From positions 10,755-74,754 of the forward strand of contig JANTGF010000004.1 in assembly GCA_024763075.1 (NCBI GenBank): a DNA stretch of 64,000 bases, written 5' to 3'. The translations under genes were made by a program, and so were the position numbers. Position 1 is the first letter of the stretch. Every line of letters starts with the position of its first letter. The stretch is from Bacteroidales bacterium. GTDB lineage: Bacteria; Bacteroidota; Bacteroidia; Bacteroidales; VadinHA17. The notes under the pieces were generated by a model, which was given only the letters and a program-made list of their open reading frames with translations, was not told the DNA's origin and made no database searches. Positions 9,462 to 20,003 of the stretch are shown piece after piece.

Positions 9462-10766
9462 TCATTTTTTTCTGAAAAAAATCTGAATGGGGACCCCTGT
9501 AAAATTAAAATTTTCCCTTATTCTGTTTTCGATATATCTTTTATAGGGCTCTTTGACATGCTCTGGATAGTTACAAAACAAGGCAAATGATGGTGCATGT
9601 GTCGGAAGCTGGGTAACGTATTTAACTTTTATTTCATGTCCCCTGTATGAAGGTGGATGATGTGTTTTTGTTGCCTCCAGTAGCAGATCATTTAGTTTGG
9701 ATGTTGGGATTTTTTGCATCCGGCTTTTATAGACTTCCATGGCAGTTTCCAAAACTTTCTGAAGTCTGAGTTTGGTTAATGCAGAAGTAAATATGATGGG
9801 TACATCCTGAAAAGGAGCAATCTTTTCCCGTATTTTATTTTCAAATTGAACAGCAGTTGCTGTTTCTTTTTCAACCAGGTCCCATTTGTTTACAAGAATG
9901 ACTACTCCCTTACGGTTTCTGTGTATCAGATTGAGGATGTTGAGATCCTGTGATTCAAATCCCAGTTGGGCATCCACCAGCAACAGACAGACATCAGAAT
10001 TCTCAACTGCCGTAATAGCCCGCATTACCGAATAAAACTCAAGGTCTTCCCGGACTTTTCCTTTCTTACGCAAACCGGCTGTATCCACCAGATAAAAATC
10101 ATGATTGTATTTATTGTACCGGGTGTAAATTGTGTCCCGTGTGGTTCCCGAAAGGGGTGTGACTATATTCCTTTCCTGGTCCAGTAATGCATTAACCAAA
10201 GAGGATTTTCCTACATTTGGCCTTCCTACGATTGCAATCCGGGGGAGTTGGAGTTCTTCCTCCTCCTTTGCTTCAGGCAGTTCTTCCACTACTTTGTCCA
10301 GCAGATCTCCGGTTCCGCTCCCGTTTGCCGAGGAAATGGTAAATAACTCTCCAATTCCCAGCTTATAAAACACATTTGCATCATACTGACGAATATGATT
10401 ATCCACTTTATTCACTACTACAAAAATCTTTTTATCCGTTTTGCGAAGGATCTTTGCCAGCGCTTCATCAGGTTCCGTAATCCCTGTTTCTACATCTACC
10501 ATAAAAAGGATGACTCCGGCTTCATCCATTGCTGTGATCACCTGTTTCTTAATTTCGTCTTCAAAGATATCATCTGATTTACTCAGATATCCGCCCGTAT
10601 CAATCACCGTGAATTCCTGCCCGTTCCAGTCCGATTTTCCGTAATGCCTGTCCCTGGTGACTCCGCTGGTTTCATCAACGATGGCTTTTCTGCTTCGTGT
10701 CAGCCGGTTAAATAAAGTGGATTTACCTACATTTGGTCTTCCTACTATTGCAACTATATTTCCCAT
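9462..10766 (-). CDS. der: Ribosome biogenesis GTPase Der (EngA)
   Basis: Two GRPNVGKS G-domains, DTGG/DTAG, NKVD/NKWD, C-terminal KH-like domain. Confidence 0.98.
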   Translation of the reverse strand: MGNIVAIVGRPNVGKSTLFNRLTRSRKAIVDETSGVTRDRHYGKSDWNGQEFTVIDTGGYLSKSDDIFEDEIKKQVITAMDEAGVILFMVDVETGITEPDEALAKILRKTDKKIFVVVNKVDNHIRQYDANVFYKLGIGELFTISSANGSGTGDLLDKVVEELPEAKEEEELQLPRIAIVGRPNVGKSSLVNALLDQERNIVTPLSGTTRDTIYTRYNKYNHDFYLVDTAGLRKKGKVREDLEFYSVMRAITAVENSDVCLLLVDAQLGFESQDLNILNLIHRNRKGVVILVNKWDLVEKETATAVQFENKIREKIAPFQDVPIIFTSALTKLRLQKVLETAMEVYKSRMQKIPTSKLNDLLLEATKTHHPPSYRGHEIKVKYVTQLPTHAPSFALFCNYPEHVKEPYKRYIENRIRENFNFTGVPIQIFFRKK

Positions 10767-10830
10767 TTGTTTTCTCTAATTATAACCTAAATAGCGGGCT
10801 TTATGGTCATTAATTAGCCCGTATATAAAG

Positions 10831-10959
10831 TTAGTGCTTTATTCAGAATGTTCGAGTTCGAGGCCTGTGAAGTCTTTAAAACCAAGGAGTTTACTCTTGT
10901 AAATGACTGTTTTGAAGACGAGTATAACAATGAAATCGGACATTATGGACAAGCACTAA
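10831..10959. mobile_element. MITE-like short element (129 bp) with terminal inverted repeats
   Basis: Ends TTAGTGCTTTATTCAGAATGTTCGA and TCGGACATTATGGACAAGCACTAA are imperfect inverted repeats; homologous to the element at 55107-55290. Confidence 0.7.
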
Positions 10960-11834
10960 TTATAACCCCATTGTTTAAGGTATCTTTCATTGTCCTTCCA
11001 GTCTTTTTTTACTTTCACAAACAATTCAAGAAAAACCTGTTTGCCAAAAAATGCTTCAATATCTTTTCTGGCCTCCGTGCCCACTTTTTTTAATGACTCT
11101 CCTCCTTTTCCTATAATAATTCCTTTTTGTGAATCGCGTGCAACAAATATTTTTGCTTCAATTCGAATTAGTTTCTTGTCTTCTTTAAAGCTTTCCACCT
11201 CCACCTCAACAGAGTAAGGGATTTCCTGCCGGTAAAACATTATGATCTTTTCCCGGATTATCTCAGAAACCAAAAATCTTTCTGTTTTATCCGTAAGCTG
11301 GTCATCAGGGAAATATGGCGGCGATTCAGGTAATTGTTTCAGAATTTCAATTAAAACAACATCCAGATTCACTTTTTTCAATGCAGAAACGGGTATGATC
11401 TGAGTATCCGGAAAAATCTCCATCCATTTATCAACAACTTCCTTTAGATTCGTATCTGCCTTAAGGTCTATCTTATTGACAAGCAGAATGATAGGAGCAT
11501 CAACCTGTTTCAGTTTATAAATGAAATCTGTATTTTTGTCAGGGTCATCCAGATAATCCGTTACATACAAAATTACATCGGCATCTTTTAGTGCTCCGGT
11601 AGAGAACCTCAGCATGCTTTCCTGAAGCTTGTATTTTGGTTTCAGAATCCCGGGTGTGTCAGAATAAATGATCTGATAATCATCACCGTTTACAATCCCC
11701 AGAATCCTGTGCCGGGTTGTTTGTGCTTTTGAGGTAATGATGGATAATTTATCTCCAACCAGGGCATTCATTAGGGTTGATTTGCCCACATTGGGATTCC
11801 CTATAATATTTACAAAACCTGATTTAAACCCCAT
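10956..11834 (-). CDS. era: GTPase Era
   Basis: GNPNVGKST, QTTR, DTPG, NKID, EIPYS, GIIIGKGG KH domain. Confidence 0.98.
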   Translation of the reverse strand: MGFKSGFVNIIGNPNVGKSTLMNALVGDKLSIITSKAQTTRHRILGIVNGDDYQIIYSDTPGILKPKYKLQESMLRFSTGALKDADVILYVTDYLDDPDKNTDFIYKLKQVDAPIILLVNKIDLKADTNLKEVVDKWMEIFPDTQIIPVSALKKVNLDVVLIEILKQLPESPPYFPDDQLTDKTERFLVSEIIREKIIMFYRQEIPYSVEVEVESFKEDKKLIRIEAKIFVARDSQKGIIIGKGGESLKKVGTEARKDIEAFFGKQVFLELFVKVKKDWKDNERYLKQWGYN

Positions 11835-11856
11835 GTTTGAGTACTTTATTTTTTTG

Positions 11857-11864
11857 CAAAGATA
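11857..11864 (-). promoter_or_regulatory. Bacteroidota -7 promoter box for era
   Basis: TATCTTTG (TAnnTTTG) on the minus strand just upstream of the start. Confidence 0.6.
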
Positions 11865-11929
11865 ACAAATATACCAAGATACTTTAAATGTATGATCTGG
11901 GTTCAGACGTTCGTGGTGCTTAAGAGATT

Positions 11930-14419
11930 TTACATCTTGAAACTTAAGGTAAATTTAAAAGCAAAATTATCAATGGTCTTTGGCAGTGTGTACGGACCAT
12001 AGCGATAAAAAACTCCAAGTCCGTAACCGATAAAAAACTGGTTGAGCAGATTGTTGATCAGGATGCCCGACTCATAATAGCCTTTATCCATTATTTTGAA
12101 CTGAATGTCAGAATGATACTCAGGATGAGACAAATAACTTACACCAAGGTTTGAAACAAGCAGGATATCCGGCTGAAACCAACCGGCCTTGAATAGCAAT
12201 TTTCCAAAATTCTGTCTGAAAAAGAAAGAGAAAAACCTGTCCGATAAAAATTCATTCATACGCATGGTTCCGAAACTGTTTTCAGTTTCAATGGTGAAAC
12301 TTTTGTAGCTGCCTCTTCCGTTATACATTACAGAATAAGGGGCATTCCCTTTCATGATGCCTGCATCAATACTCAGGCTTGTTGTTCCCAGTGAACGGGT
12401 GGTGAATTTTTGTGTAAGTCTGAATTCAAACTTACTGTAATTAAATTCTCCGTTTAAAAAGTTCAGGCCCTGAATGTAGTTCCCGTAAAAGACCGGATAT
12501 TTTGTTCCCAGCGAAATTCTGCCCTGGGATGATTGAAAGAAATTTTCCTTATAGGCAAAACGCAAGCGTATGCCGGCTTCGGTGAATGTCCCCTGGTTGA
12601 TGAATTGCGGTGGTTGCGACCCGGGGATATGGTATAAATATGGATACCAGAAGGTAGTTTGCGAATTAGAGAAAAATAACCGTGCCCGTACATATTGAAA
12701 CATACGGAAACCAAAGGAGGCTTCCCATAAACTTACCCTGTCCATCTTTTCAATCAGAAATTGCCTGAAAAAGTCAGAATCAAAGCTTCTGGTTGTCTTG
12801 TAGAATTTATAAGATCCTGATTCCCTGACATCATCCAGATAACTTGCCTGCAAATCCATTTCCAGTTTTTTCGAAAGGACCCATTTTGCATTTAACCCGT
12901 ATTTTATCTCCTTGTCTTTGAAGCCATAGGCAAAATGCCCTCCAAAAAAGATCCGGTCTGATAGTTTGTCATTGGTAATTCCGCCTATTCCAAGCCTGAA
13001 TCCTTCATAACTGTTATAGTTGAGGATTGATCCAATATCAATATTGAAAATGGAAACCGGAATATAGCCATTAATTAAAGTTTTTGTCATAAATAACATC
13101 CGGTCAAAATGCTCCGCCTCTCCAAGGCTGTCAATTACCTGGTAAGTAGTGCTGTCTTTGGAGCTGAGAGGTGCATTTCTGTAACTGCGCCAGAAGCTCT
13201 CATTCTTATAATATGCATTTTTGTTTACTTCCAGTACAACACTGTTAAATTTATTATAATCCAGATCGGGATACAGAGTGATGTCCTGAATATAACTTTT
13301 TCCAATTCCGATCACCTTAACTTTTTTTCCTTCTGACTCTGCAGTATGCGAGGGCCTTGTATCTTCCGGGTCGATTAAGATAATGTCTGTATTTAATTGA
13401 ACAGGAAACCATTGCTGATGGTCCAGAAACTCATATTTTTGCTGGATCTTTATTTTAAATAAACCTCTGTTTTCGGCTGCTTCAGCAACTACATTCTGAA
13501 TGCCATACATATTGGAATTCACATACATAAACCCTTTGAGTCCTTCAAAGTTTTTTCCTTTTTTAGGCTGAAATGAAATAATAAACAGGGTATCATTTGT
13601 TTCTGTGAACAAGGTATCTCTTAAAATGAATAAATACTTGTTTTTACTGTTTTTACTGATTGGACTCAAAAATTTATGATCAAGAATAGTTATAAAATCA
13701 TTGTAAAATGAAAAAGACTGCAGCTGACTGGCCAAGAGAATAAATGAAGGACTCTGGAAACCTGAAACTTTGGATGCGATAACATTTTCATAATTTTTAT
13801 CAGGGTAAATATAATCCCGTTTGCTTACAGATTCCATTAGGAAGAGATGCTGTTTGTCAATCAGGTTTTGCAGTTGAACCATTACAGTGTCTTTTTTAAC
13901 CGAATCAACTGAAGAATGAAGTGAATCCCCTGGCTCAGGAGGGAGATCCAGTGTGAAATACAATTTGTTATAGGAGGTATATGAAAAGGAGCGGATTTTT
14001 TCAGGATTGTTTATTTCTCTGTATTTGTAAACCTGATCAATAATTCTGTGCGCCGGATTTATACCGGGAATAACCTTGATTTCATCAATGCTATAAGCTT
14101 TTTTCTGCATCCGGATGATCAGCCCTTTTCTTTTAGTTCCCGGATCAAGGACCAATGTTTCATAGCCTATGTATGAGAATTTTAACCGGGTAACCGGAAC
14201 CCTTGTGTGCAGCTCAAAAACGCCATCAATATTACTTGTGGTACCTTTTCCGGTATCATTGTAAGTAATATTTACAAAAGCCAGTTGTTTTCCGGTACCG
14301 GAGTCCACAATCACCCCTGAAACAAACTCTTCTTCCTGAGCCTTCAGTGCAAATGCATTAAGCATAAGCACCAGAGGTAGCAGTAAGTAAATTTTGGATT
14401 TGTGATTTGTTCCGCTCAT
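11930..14419 (-). CDS. Carboxypeptidase-like regulatory domain plus DUF5686-type outer-membrane protein
   Basis: G.IVD..TG..L.FVNI..GT.SN.DG.F..FSYIGY; NPAHRII; YNSYEGFRLG; C-terminal GLGVFYRYG...F barrel end. Confidence 0.85.
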   Translation of the reverse strand: MSGTNHKSKIYLLLPLVLMLNAFALKAQEEEFVSGVIVDSGTGKQLAFVNITYNDTGKGTTSNIDGVFELHTRVPVTRLKFSYIGYETLVLDPGTKRKGLIIRMQKKAYSIDEIKVIPGINPAHRIIDQVYKYREINNPEKIRSFSYTSYNKLYFTLDLPPEPGDSLHSSVDSVKKDTVMVQLQNLIDKQHLFLMESVSKRDYIYPDKNYENVIASKVSGFQSPSFILLASQLQSFSFYNDFITILDHKFLSPISKNSKNKYLFILRDTLFTETNDTLFIISFQPKKGKNFEGLKGFMYVNSNMYGIQNVVAEAAENRGLFKIKIQQKYEFLDHQQWFPVQLNTDIILIDPEDTRPSHTAESEGKKVKVIGIGKSYIQDITLYPDLDYNKFNSVVLEVNKNAYYKNESFWRSYRNAPLSSKDSTTYQVIDSLGEAEHFDRMLFMTKTLINGYIPVSIFNIDIGSILNYNSYEGFRLGIGGITNDKLSDRIFFGGHFAYGFKDKEIKYGLNAKWVLSKKLEMDLQASYLDDVRESGSYKFYKTTRSFDSDFFRQFLIEKMDRVSLWEASFGFRMFQYVRARLFFSNSQTTFWYPYLYHIPGSQPPQFINQGTFTEAGIRLRFAYKENFFQSSQGRISLGTKYPVFYGNYIQGLNFLNGEFNYSKFEFRLTQKFTTRSLGTTSLSIDAGIMKGNAPYSVMYNGRGSYKSFTIETENSFGTMRMNEFLSDRFFSFFFRQNFGKLLFKAGWFQPDILLVSNLGVSYLSHPEYHSDIQFKIMDKGYYESGILINNLLNQFFIGYGLGVFYRYGPYTLPKTIDNFAFKFTLSFKM

Positions 14420-14457
14420 GATTCAGCTCTGGTAATCGGTTTACTCAGGATTTGGAA

Positions 14458-15288
14458 TTATTTATACGAGCCTCGTTTTAAGATGGAAATCTCTTTGTCT
14501 GAAAGGTATCTCCATTTACCCCGGGACAATCCTTTTTTTGTTAAGCCTGCAAAATATACCCTGTCCAGCTTTTCAACTTTATATTCCAGAAATTCAAAGA
14601 TACGCCGTATGATCCGGTTTCTTCCGGAATGGATTTCAATTCCGATTTGTCTTTTGTCTTCCGGGTCAATATAGTGAATGGAGTCAGCCTGAATAAAGCC
14701 ATCTTCCAATGTGATTCCTTCGGCAATTTTTTCCATATCCTTCCGGAGGAGCTGTTTATTAAGGCTTACCTGATAGATTTTTTTCTTCTGATGGCTTGGG
14801 TGAGTCAATTGTTTTGTAAGGTCACCGTCGTTCGTTAAAAGTAAAACTCCCGTTGTCATTCGGTCAAGCCGGCCCACCGGATAAATTCTGGCATTCGGAG
14901 CCGATTTTATGAGAGAGAGAACCGTTTTTCTACCCTGTGGGTCATCTGTTGAGGTGATCACATCTTTGGGTTTGTTTATAAGGATGTATATTTTTTTTTC
15001 AGGTTCCAGGTCTTTTCCTTTAAACCTGACTTTGTCTGAGGAGGTAATCTTCGTTCCCAGTTCCGTAACTTTCTTTCCATTAATGGTAATGAATCCCGAT
15101 TGAATGATCTCGTCAGCTTCACGGCGGGAACACAAACCTGAATTTGCTATATATTTATTAAGTCTGATCCCATTTTTTTGTGAATTAACCACATTTTCCC
15201 CCTGGGATTGTTTTCCCTGGGAGTGAACAGACTTGCCTGTCCTTCTCTTACGGGGCTTATTCTCACTGCCTTTAAAAGTTCTTTTCAT
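14458..15288 (-). CDS. rluB: 23S rRNA pseudouridine synthase (RluB/RsuA family)
   Basis: S4 domain RLNKYIA..G.CSRREAD; YPVGRLD catalytic motif; SGRNRIIRR. Confidence 0.9.
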   Translation of the reverse strand: MKRTFKGSENKPRKRRTGKSVHSQGKQSQGENVVNSQKNGIRLNKYIANSGLCSRREADEIIQSGFITINGKKVTELGTKITSSDKVRFKGKDLEPEKKIYILINKPKDVITSTDDPQGRKTVLSLIKSAPNARIYPVGRLDRMTTGVLLLTNDGDLTKQLTHPSHQKKKIYQVSLNKQLLRKDMEKIAEGITLEDGFIQADSIHYIDPEDKRQIGIEIHSGRNRIIRRIFEFLEYKVEKLDRVYFAGLTKKGLSRGKWRYLSDKEISILKRGSYK

Positions 15289-15436
15289 TCATCTGAGTAT
15301 TACAATTTTTTATACTATTTTTGGATTCAAATTTAGCATTTCAAAAATGAATTAAAGTATAATACTGCATTCGTTTAGTTAAAGCGTATATTTTTTATGT
15401 AATTTTTGAAATGAAGTTTAATCAATAAATACATTT

Positions 15437-16822
15437 ATGACCTTAATTAAGTCTATTTCTGGAATTCGTGGAACCATTGGAGGGGATCAGGGAACAAACC
15501 TTACTCCACCGGATGTGGTAAAATTTGTAACTGCCTATGGAAGATGGCTTAAAGAGAGAAATAAGAAGCCAGGGTTAAATGTGATTGTGGGAAGAGATGC
15601 ACGGATATCCGGGCCCATGGTAAGCCATCTGGTAACAGGTACTTTAATGGGAATAGGTGTGGATATTACCGAGATAGGGATGGCTACAACTCCAACGGTG
15701 GAAATGGCAGTGATCCATGAAAAAGCAGATGGGGGAATAATCATTACTGCCAGTCATAATCCGGGAGAATGGAATGCCTTGAAACTTTTAAATGAAAAAG
15801 GAGAATTTCTTTCAGCTGGGGACGGAGAAAAAATCATACAGCTGGCATCAATGGAAAATCATAATTTTGCCGGAGTAGGTGAGCTGGGAGTTGCATTTCA
15901 CCCGGGAGCCTGGCATAAAAAGCATATAAATAAAATTCTGGATCTTGCATTGGTTGACATGGAAGCGATCAGAAAAGCTGATTTTACAGTAGCCATTGAC
16001 TGTGTAAATTCTGTTGGAGGTCTTGTGATACCGGACTTGATGGAAGCATTGGGTGTTACAAAAGTGGTAAAACTATATTGCGAAGCAAATGGGGAATTCC
16101 CCCATAATCCGGAACCATTACCGGCGAATTTGAAGGATATTTTTAACCTTGTTAAAACTACCGGGGCAGATGTCGGTTTTGTTGTGGATCCGGATGTGGA
16201 CCGGTTAGCAATTGTAAATGAAAATGGTACGTTTTTTGGCGAAGAATATACTTTGGTTGCTGTGGCTGATTATATTCTTCAAAATACACCGGGAAATACA
16301 GTTTCCAACCTGTCTTCAACCCGTGCACTAAAAGATGTTACGGAGCCTTACGGAGGCAGATATTATGCTTCAGCCGTTGGAGAAGTAAATGTGGTGGAAG
16401 AAATGTATAAACAAAATGCTGTTATTGGCGGAGAAGGAAACGGAGGCGTGATTTATCCGGAATTACATAGTGGCCGTGATGCATTGGTTGGGATTGCTTT
16501 GTTTCTTTCACATCTGGCTAAATCAGGTCTGAAATGTTCGGAGCTCAGGAAAAAATATCCGGATTATGCGATTACAAAAACAAAAGTAGAATTAAGTGAG
16601 GATTTGAATTTTGAAGAGGTGGTTTCGGCCATTCAGGATAGATATAAATCCAGTAAAATAACTACGATCGACGGGGTTCGGGTTGACTTTGACAAGGAAT
16701 GGTTTCATATTAGAAAATCTAATACTGAACCTATTGTTCGCATCATTGCAGAAAGCATTTCTTTGGAAAGATCTGGAGCCTTGGTTGAAGAAGTAAGAAA
16801 AATATTTGACAGTTATAAATAA
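15437..16822 (+). CDS. glmM: Phosphoglucosamine mutase / phosphohexomutase
   Basis: SISGIRG, ITASHNP, DPDVDR, GGEGNGG, RKSNTEP. Confidence 0.9.
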   Translation: MTLIKSISGIRGTIGGDQGTNLTPPDVVKFVTAYGRWLKERNKKPGLNVIVGRDARISGPMVSHLVTGTLMGIGVDITEIGMATTPTVEMAVIHEKADGGIIITASHNPGEWNALKLLNEKGEFLSAGDGEKIIQLASMENHNFAGVGELGVAFHPGAWHKKHINKILDLALVDMEAIRKADFTVAIDCVNSVGGLVIPDLMEALGVTKVVKLYCEANGEFPHNPEPLPANLKDIFNLVKTTGADVGFVVDPDVDRLAIVNENGTFFGEEYTLVAVADYILQNTPGNTVSNLSSTRALKDVTEPYGGRYYASAVGEVNVVEEMYKQNAVIGGEGNGGVIYPELHSGRDALVGIALFLSHLAKSGLKCSELRKKYPDYAITKTKVELSEDLNFEEVVSAIQDRYKSSKITTIDGVRVDFDKEWFHIRKSNTEPIVRIIAESISLERSGALVEEVRKIFDSYK

Positions 16823-17106
16823 AATATACTTTTCCAGGAATAAAACAAAAAAAGCAAAGGTCTAATTAAACAAACCTGGTAGGAATTGTTAAATATTCTT
16901 AAAAAGCGATACTGCAGGGTGAAATGGTTTTTATTTATAAAAATTATATCATAGCTTCGGCACTTTGTTAAATGTTGCAAGCTTCCGGTATAAATTGGTC
17001 GTTAATTGCATGTGATTTTAAAATATATTTTCACCTGATAATATCTTGGGAGATAGTAAATTAAAGAAATTTTCGGAATAAATTTTTATTAAAAAACAGA
17101 CAACAG

Positions 17107-18567
17107 ATGAAAAAATCATTAATTATAATTCTGGCTGTAGTTGTTGTGGCAATAGTTGGACTCGTTGTTTTTAACCGTTTAACCAGGAAAGATGACATTA
17201 CGCAACTTGAAGCAGAGGTTATGCAGGGGGAGTTTGAGATTTTGGTTACGGTTACCGGAGAACTACAGGCTGAAAATTCTCAAAAAATTATGGGGCCGAC
17301 TGAGTTGCGTACCAGCCGGGGACACAGGTTCTCACAAATTAAAATTCAGGACCTTATCCCCGAGGGAACGGTTGTTGATTCAGGAGATTATGTGGCAACA
17401 CTTGACCGGTCGGATGTGACAAACCGTATCAAAGATATGGAAGATGAACTGGAAAAAAAGCAAACAGCTCTGATGACAACACGTTTGGATACAACCATGC
17501 AGCTTAGAAACCTCAGGGATGAACTGGTAAATCTGAGGTATAATATGGAGGAGGCTGAGATTACCCTGGAACAGTCAAAATATGAATCTCCGGCTGTTAT
17601 CAGACAGGCACAAATTAGTTCTGATAAGGCAAAACGGGCTTATGAGCAGGCACAGAAGAATTATAAGTTAAAGGTGATCCAGGCAAAAGCTGATATGCGA
17701 AATGCTGAGATAAATCTTGCAAGGGAGCAAAGAGACTATGAGGATATGCAAAAGATCATAAATAAGTTTGTCATCCATGCACCTTCGGCAGGTATGGTGA
17801 TATATCAAAAGGAGTGGGGTGGGCAAAAACGAAAGGTGGGGTCTATGATCAGCCCGTGGGACCTTACTGTTGCTACATTGCCTGACCTTTCTTCCATGAT
17901 TTCCAAGACCTATGTTAACGAGATTGATATAAGTAAGATTAAAGTTGACCAGCATGTAAGAATTGGAGTGGACGCCTTTCCTGAAAAAAGCTATGAAGGA
18001 AAGGTTTTTGAGGTTGCAAATATTGGAGAACAACTTCCGAATACTGATGCAAAGGTTTTTGAGGTGTTAATAAAGCTTGATGGAATTGATCCCATACTGC
18101 GTCCGGCAATGACTACAAGTAATCAGATAATTACTGCTGTATTTGAAGATGTCCTTTATATTCCGCTGGAAGCTGTACAGTTTGAAGACAGCATCCCTAT
18201 TGTTTATAAGAAAAACAAGACAAAGAGTGTTGTACTCCTGGGTGAATCGAATGAAAATGAAGTGATTGTTGAACAGGGGCTGGAAGCAGGGGACAAGATT
18301 TTATTATCCACCCCTGATAAACCCGAAGAGTATAAATTGATAGGAGAGGAACTGATACCTGTATTTAAGGAACGTGAACGTCAGAAAAAGCTCCTGGAAG
18401 AGAAAGCCAAAGCTGATGCGAATAATAAAAATCAACAGCAAATGAAACGAAGGCCGGGTAAGATGCCAAAAGGGATGACCAGAGAACAAATGAAAAAAAT
18501 GAGATCTAAAAATTCTTCCGGCAAGAAACCACAAGTGGTTGTGAAAAAGACGGAGTCGGGAAACTGA
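17107..18567 (+). CDS. Efflux periplasmic adaptor (MacA-like)
   Basis: N-terminal TM, EGTVV..GD, long coiled coil, I.AP..G.V, VNEIDI.KIK, LRPAMT. Confidence 0.9.
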   Translation: MKKSLIIILAVVVVAIVGLVVFNRLTRKDDITQLEAEVMQGEFEILVTVTGELQAENSQKIMGPTELRTSRGHRFSQIKIQDLIPEGTVVDSGDYVATLDRSDVTNRIKDMEDELEKKQTALMTTRLDTTMQLRNLRDELVNLRYNMEEAEITLEQSKYESPAVIRQAQISSDKAKRAYEQAQKNYKLKVIQAKADMRNAEINLAREQRDYEDMQKIINKFVIHAPSAGMVIYQKEWGGQKRKVGSMISPWDLTVATLPDLSSMISKTYVNEIDISKIKVDQHVRIGVDAFPEKSYEGKVFEVANIGEQLPNTDAKVFEVLIKLDGIDPILRPAMTTSNQIITAVFEDVLYIPLEAVQFEDSIPIVYKKNKTKSVVLLGESNENEVIVEQGLEAGDKILLSTPDKPEEYKLIGEELIPVFKERERQKKLLEEKAKADANNKNQQQMKRRPGKMPKGMTREQMKKMRSKNSSGKKPQVVVKKTESGN

Positions 18568-18631
18568 TTTTCGTGAACCGGATTTATCTTAAAGTTCTCA
18601 CTGAATTTGTAAAAATTGTAAATCAATATAC

Positions 18632-19993
18632 ATGAAGCGTTATTTTCATGACATTGTTATCGCATTTGAAAGTATCCTGTCAAATAAATTGAAGTCAGTA
18701 CTTACTGCTCTGGGTATAATTTTTGGAGTGGCTGCTGTAATTAGCATGCTTGCCATTGGCAAAGGTGCCCAGCAGGAGATTCTGGACCAGATAAAAATGG
18801 TAGGAGTAAACAATATAGTAATTACACCAATTGTAGAGGAGAAATCAGCGGATAATGAGAGTGATAGTGGAGATAATGGTGAACAAAAAAAGGAAAAATT
18901 TTCCAGAGGGCTCTCCTTGAAAGATGCGGAATCCATATTACAGATTATTCCTTCTGTTCAGAAAGTCAGCCCTGAAGTTTCTCTGAATTCGTTTGTAATG
19001 CAGTCGGGTAAGCGGTCTCCGGCAAAAATCATTGGTATTTCAAAAGACTATTTTGATTTGTATAATCTTAGTTTACAGGAAGGTACTTATTTTAATGATT
19101 ATCAGGAGGATCATGGCATTCAGGTCTGTATAATAGGAGCCAATATTAAGTCAAAATTTTTCAGCCAGTCCGATCCGGTTGGACAATACCTTAAATTTGG
19201 AAATATCTGGCTGAAAGTTGTTGGAGTTTTGAAGAAAACAAATGTATCCCTTACCTCTTTTGAAAATTCCGGTGTAAATGTGTACAATGATAATATTTAC
19301 ATTCCTGTTAAAACAATGTTAATGCGTTTTCAGAACCGGGCATTGGTGAATACCAGGAATATGCAATCGGTTTCTATGGTTGTGATGGGAGGCTTTTTCT
19401 CTATGCGGAGCACCAGCCCCAGCCAGAATACCAGCAGTAATTACCATCAGTTGGATAAAATTATTGTTCAGGTTGCTGAAACCGAGCAATTAACTCCTAC
19501 AACAGAGTTGCTTAGCCGAATGATACTGAGAAGGCATTCAGATGTGAAAGACTTTGAGATTACTGTTCCAGAACTTCTGTTAAAACAGCAGCAGAGAACA
19601 AAGGATGTATTTAATATTGTACTGGGAGCCATTGCAAGCATATCTCTGATTGTTGGGGGAATTGGCATAATGAATATCATGTTTGCTTCTGTTATGGAGC
19701 GAATTAAAGAGATCGGCACCCGCATGGCAATTGGTGCCAAGAAAAAAGATATTGTTGTGCAGTTTCTTTCAGAGGCAATTTTAATTAGTGTTACCGGAGG
19801 GTTTATTGGGGTGTTTCTGGGAATTGTAATTTCTAAGCTAATTACTTCTTTTGCAGGGATACTGACCATTGTTTCACCTTTTTCGGTATTGGTTGCTTTT
19901 GGTGTTTCAGCCATCGTGGGTGTAATATTTGGTTATTCCCCTGCGCAGCGGGCTGCCGAAAAAGATCCGATAGAATCATTACGTTACGAATAA
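18632..19993 (+). CDS. ABC transporter permease (MacB/FtsX family, no NBD)
   Basis: LTALGIIFGVAAVI; ASISLIVGGIGIMNIM..SV.ER.KEIG.R.AIGA; PA.RAA..DPIESLRYE. Confidence 0.93.
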   Translation: MKRYFHDIVIAFESILSNKLKSVLTALGIIFGVAAVISMLAIGKGAQQEILDQIKMVGVNNIVITPIVEEKSADNESDSGDNGEQKKEKFSRGLSLKDAESILQIIPSVQKVSPEVSLNSFVMQSGKRSPAKIIGISKDYFDLYNLSLQEGTYFNDYQEDHGIQVCIIGANIKSKFFSQSDPVGQYLKFGNIWLKVVGVLKKTNVSLTSFENSGVNVYNDNIYIPVKTMLMRFQNRALVNTRNMQSVSMVVMGGFFSMRSTSPSQNTSSNYHQLDKIIVQVAETEQLTPTTELLSRMILRRHSDVKDFEITVPELLLKQQQRTKDVFNIVLGAIASISLIVGGIGIMNIMFASVMERIKEIGTRMAIGAKKKDIVVQFLSEAILISVTGGFIGVFLGIVISKLITSFAGILTIVSPFSVLVAFGVSAIVGVIFGYSPAQRAAEKDPIESLRYE

Positions 19994-20003
19994 ATTTATA
20001 ATA

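Noticed and set aside
10848-11093. 81-aa plus-strand ORF
   Set aside because: Starts inside the MITE-like element and runs antisense into era; probably spurious
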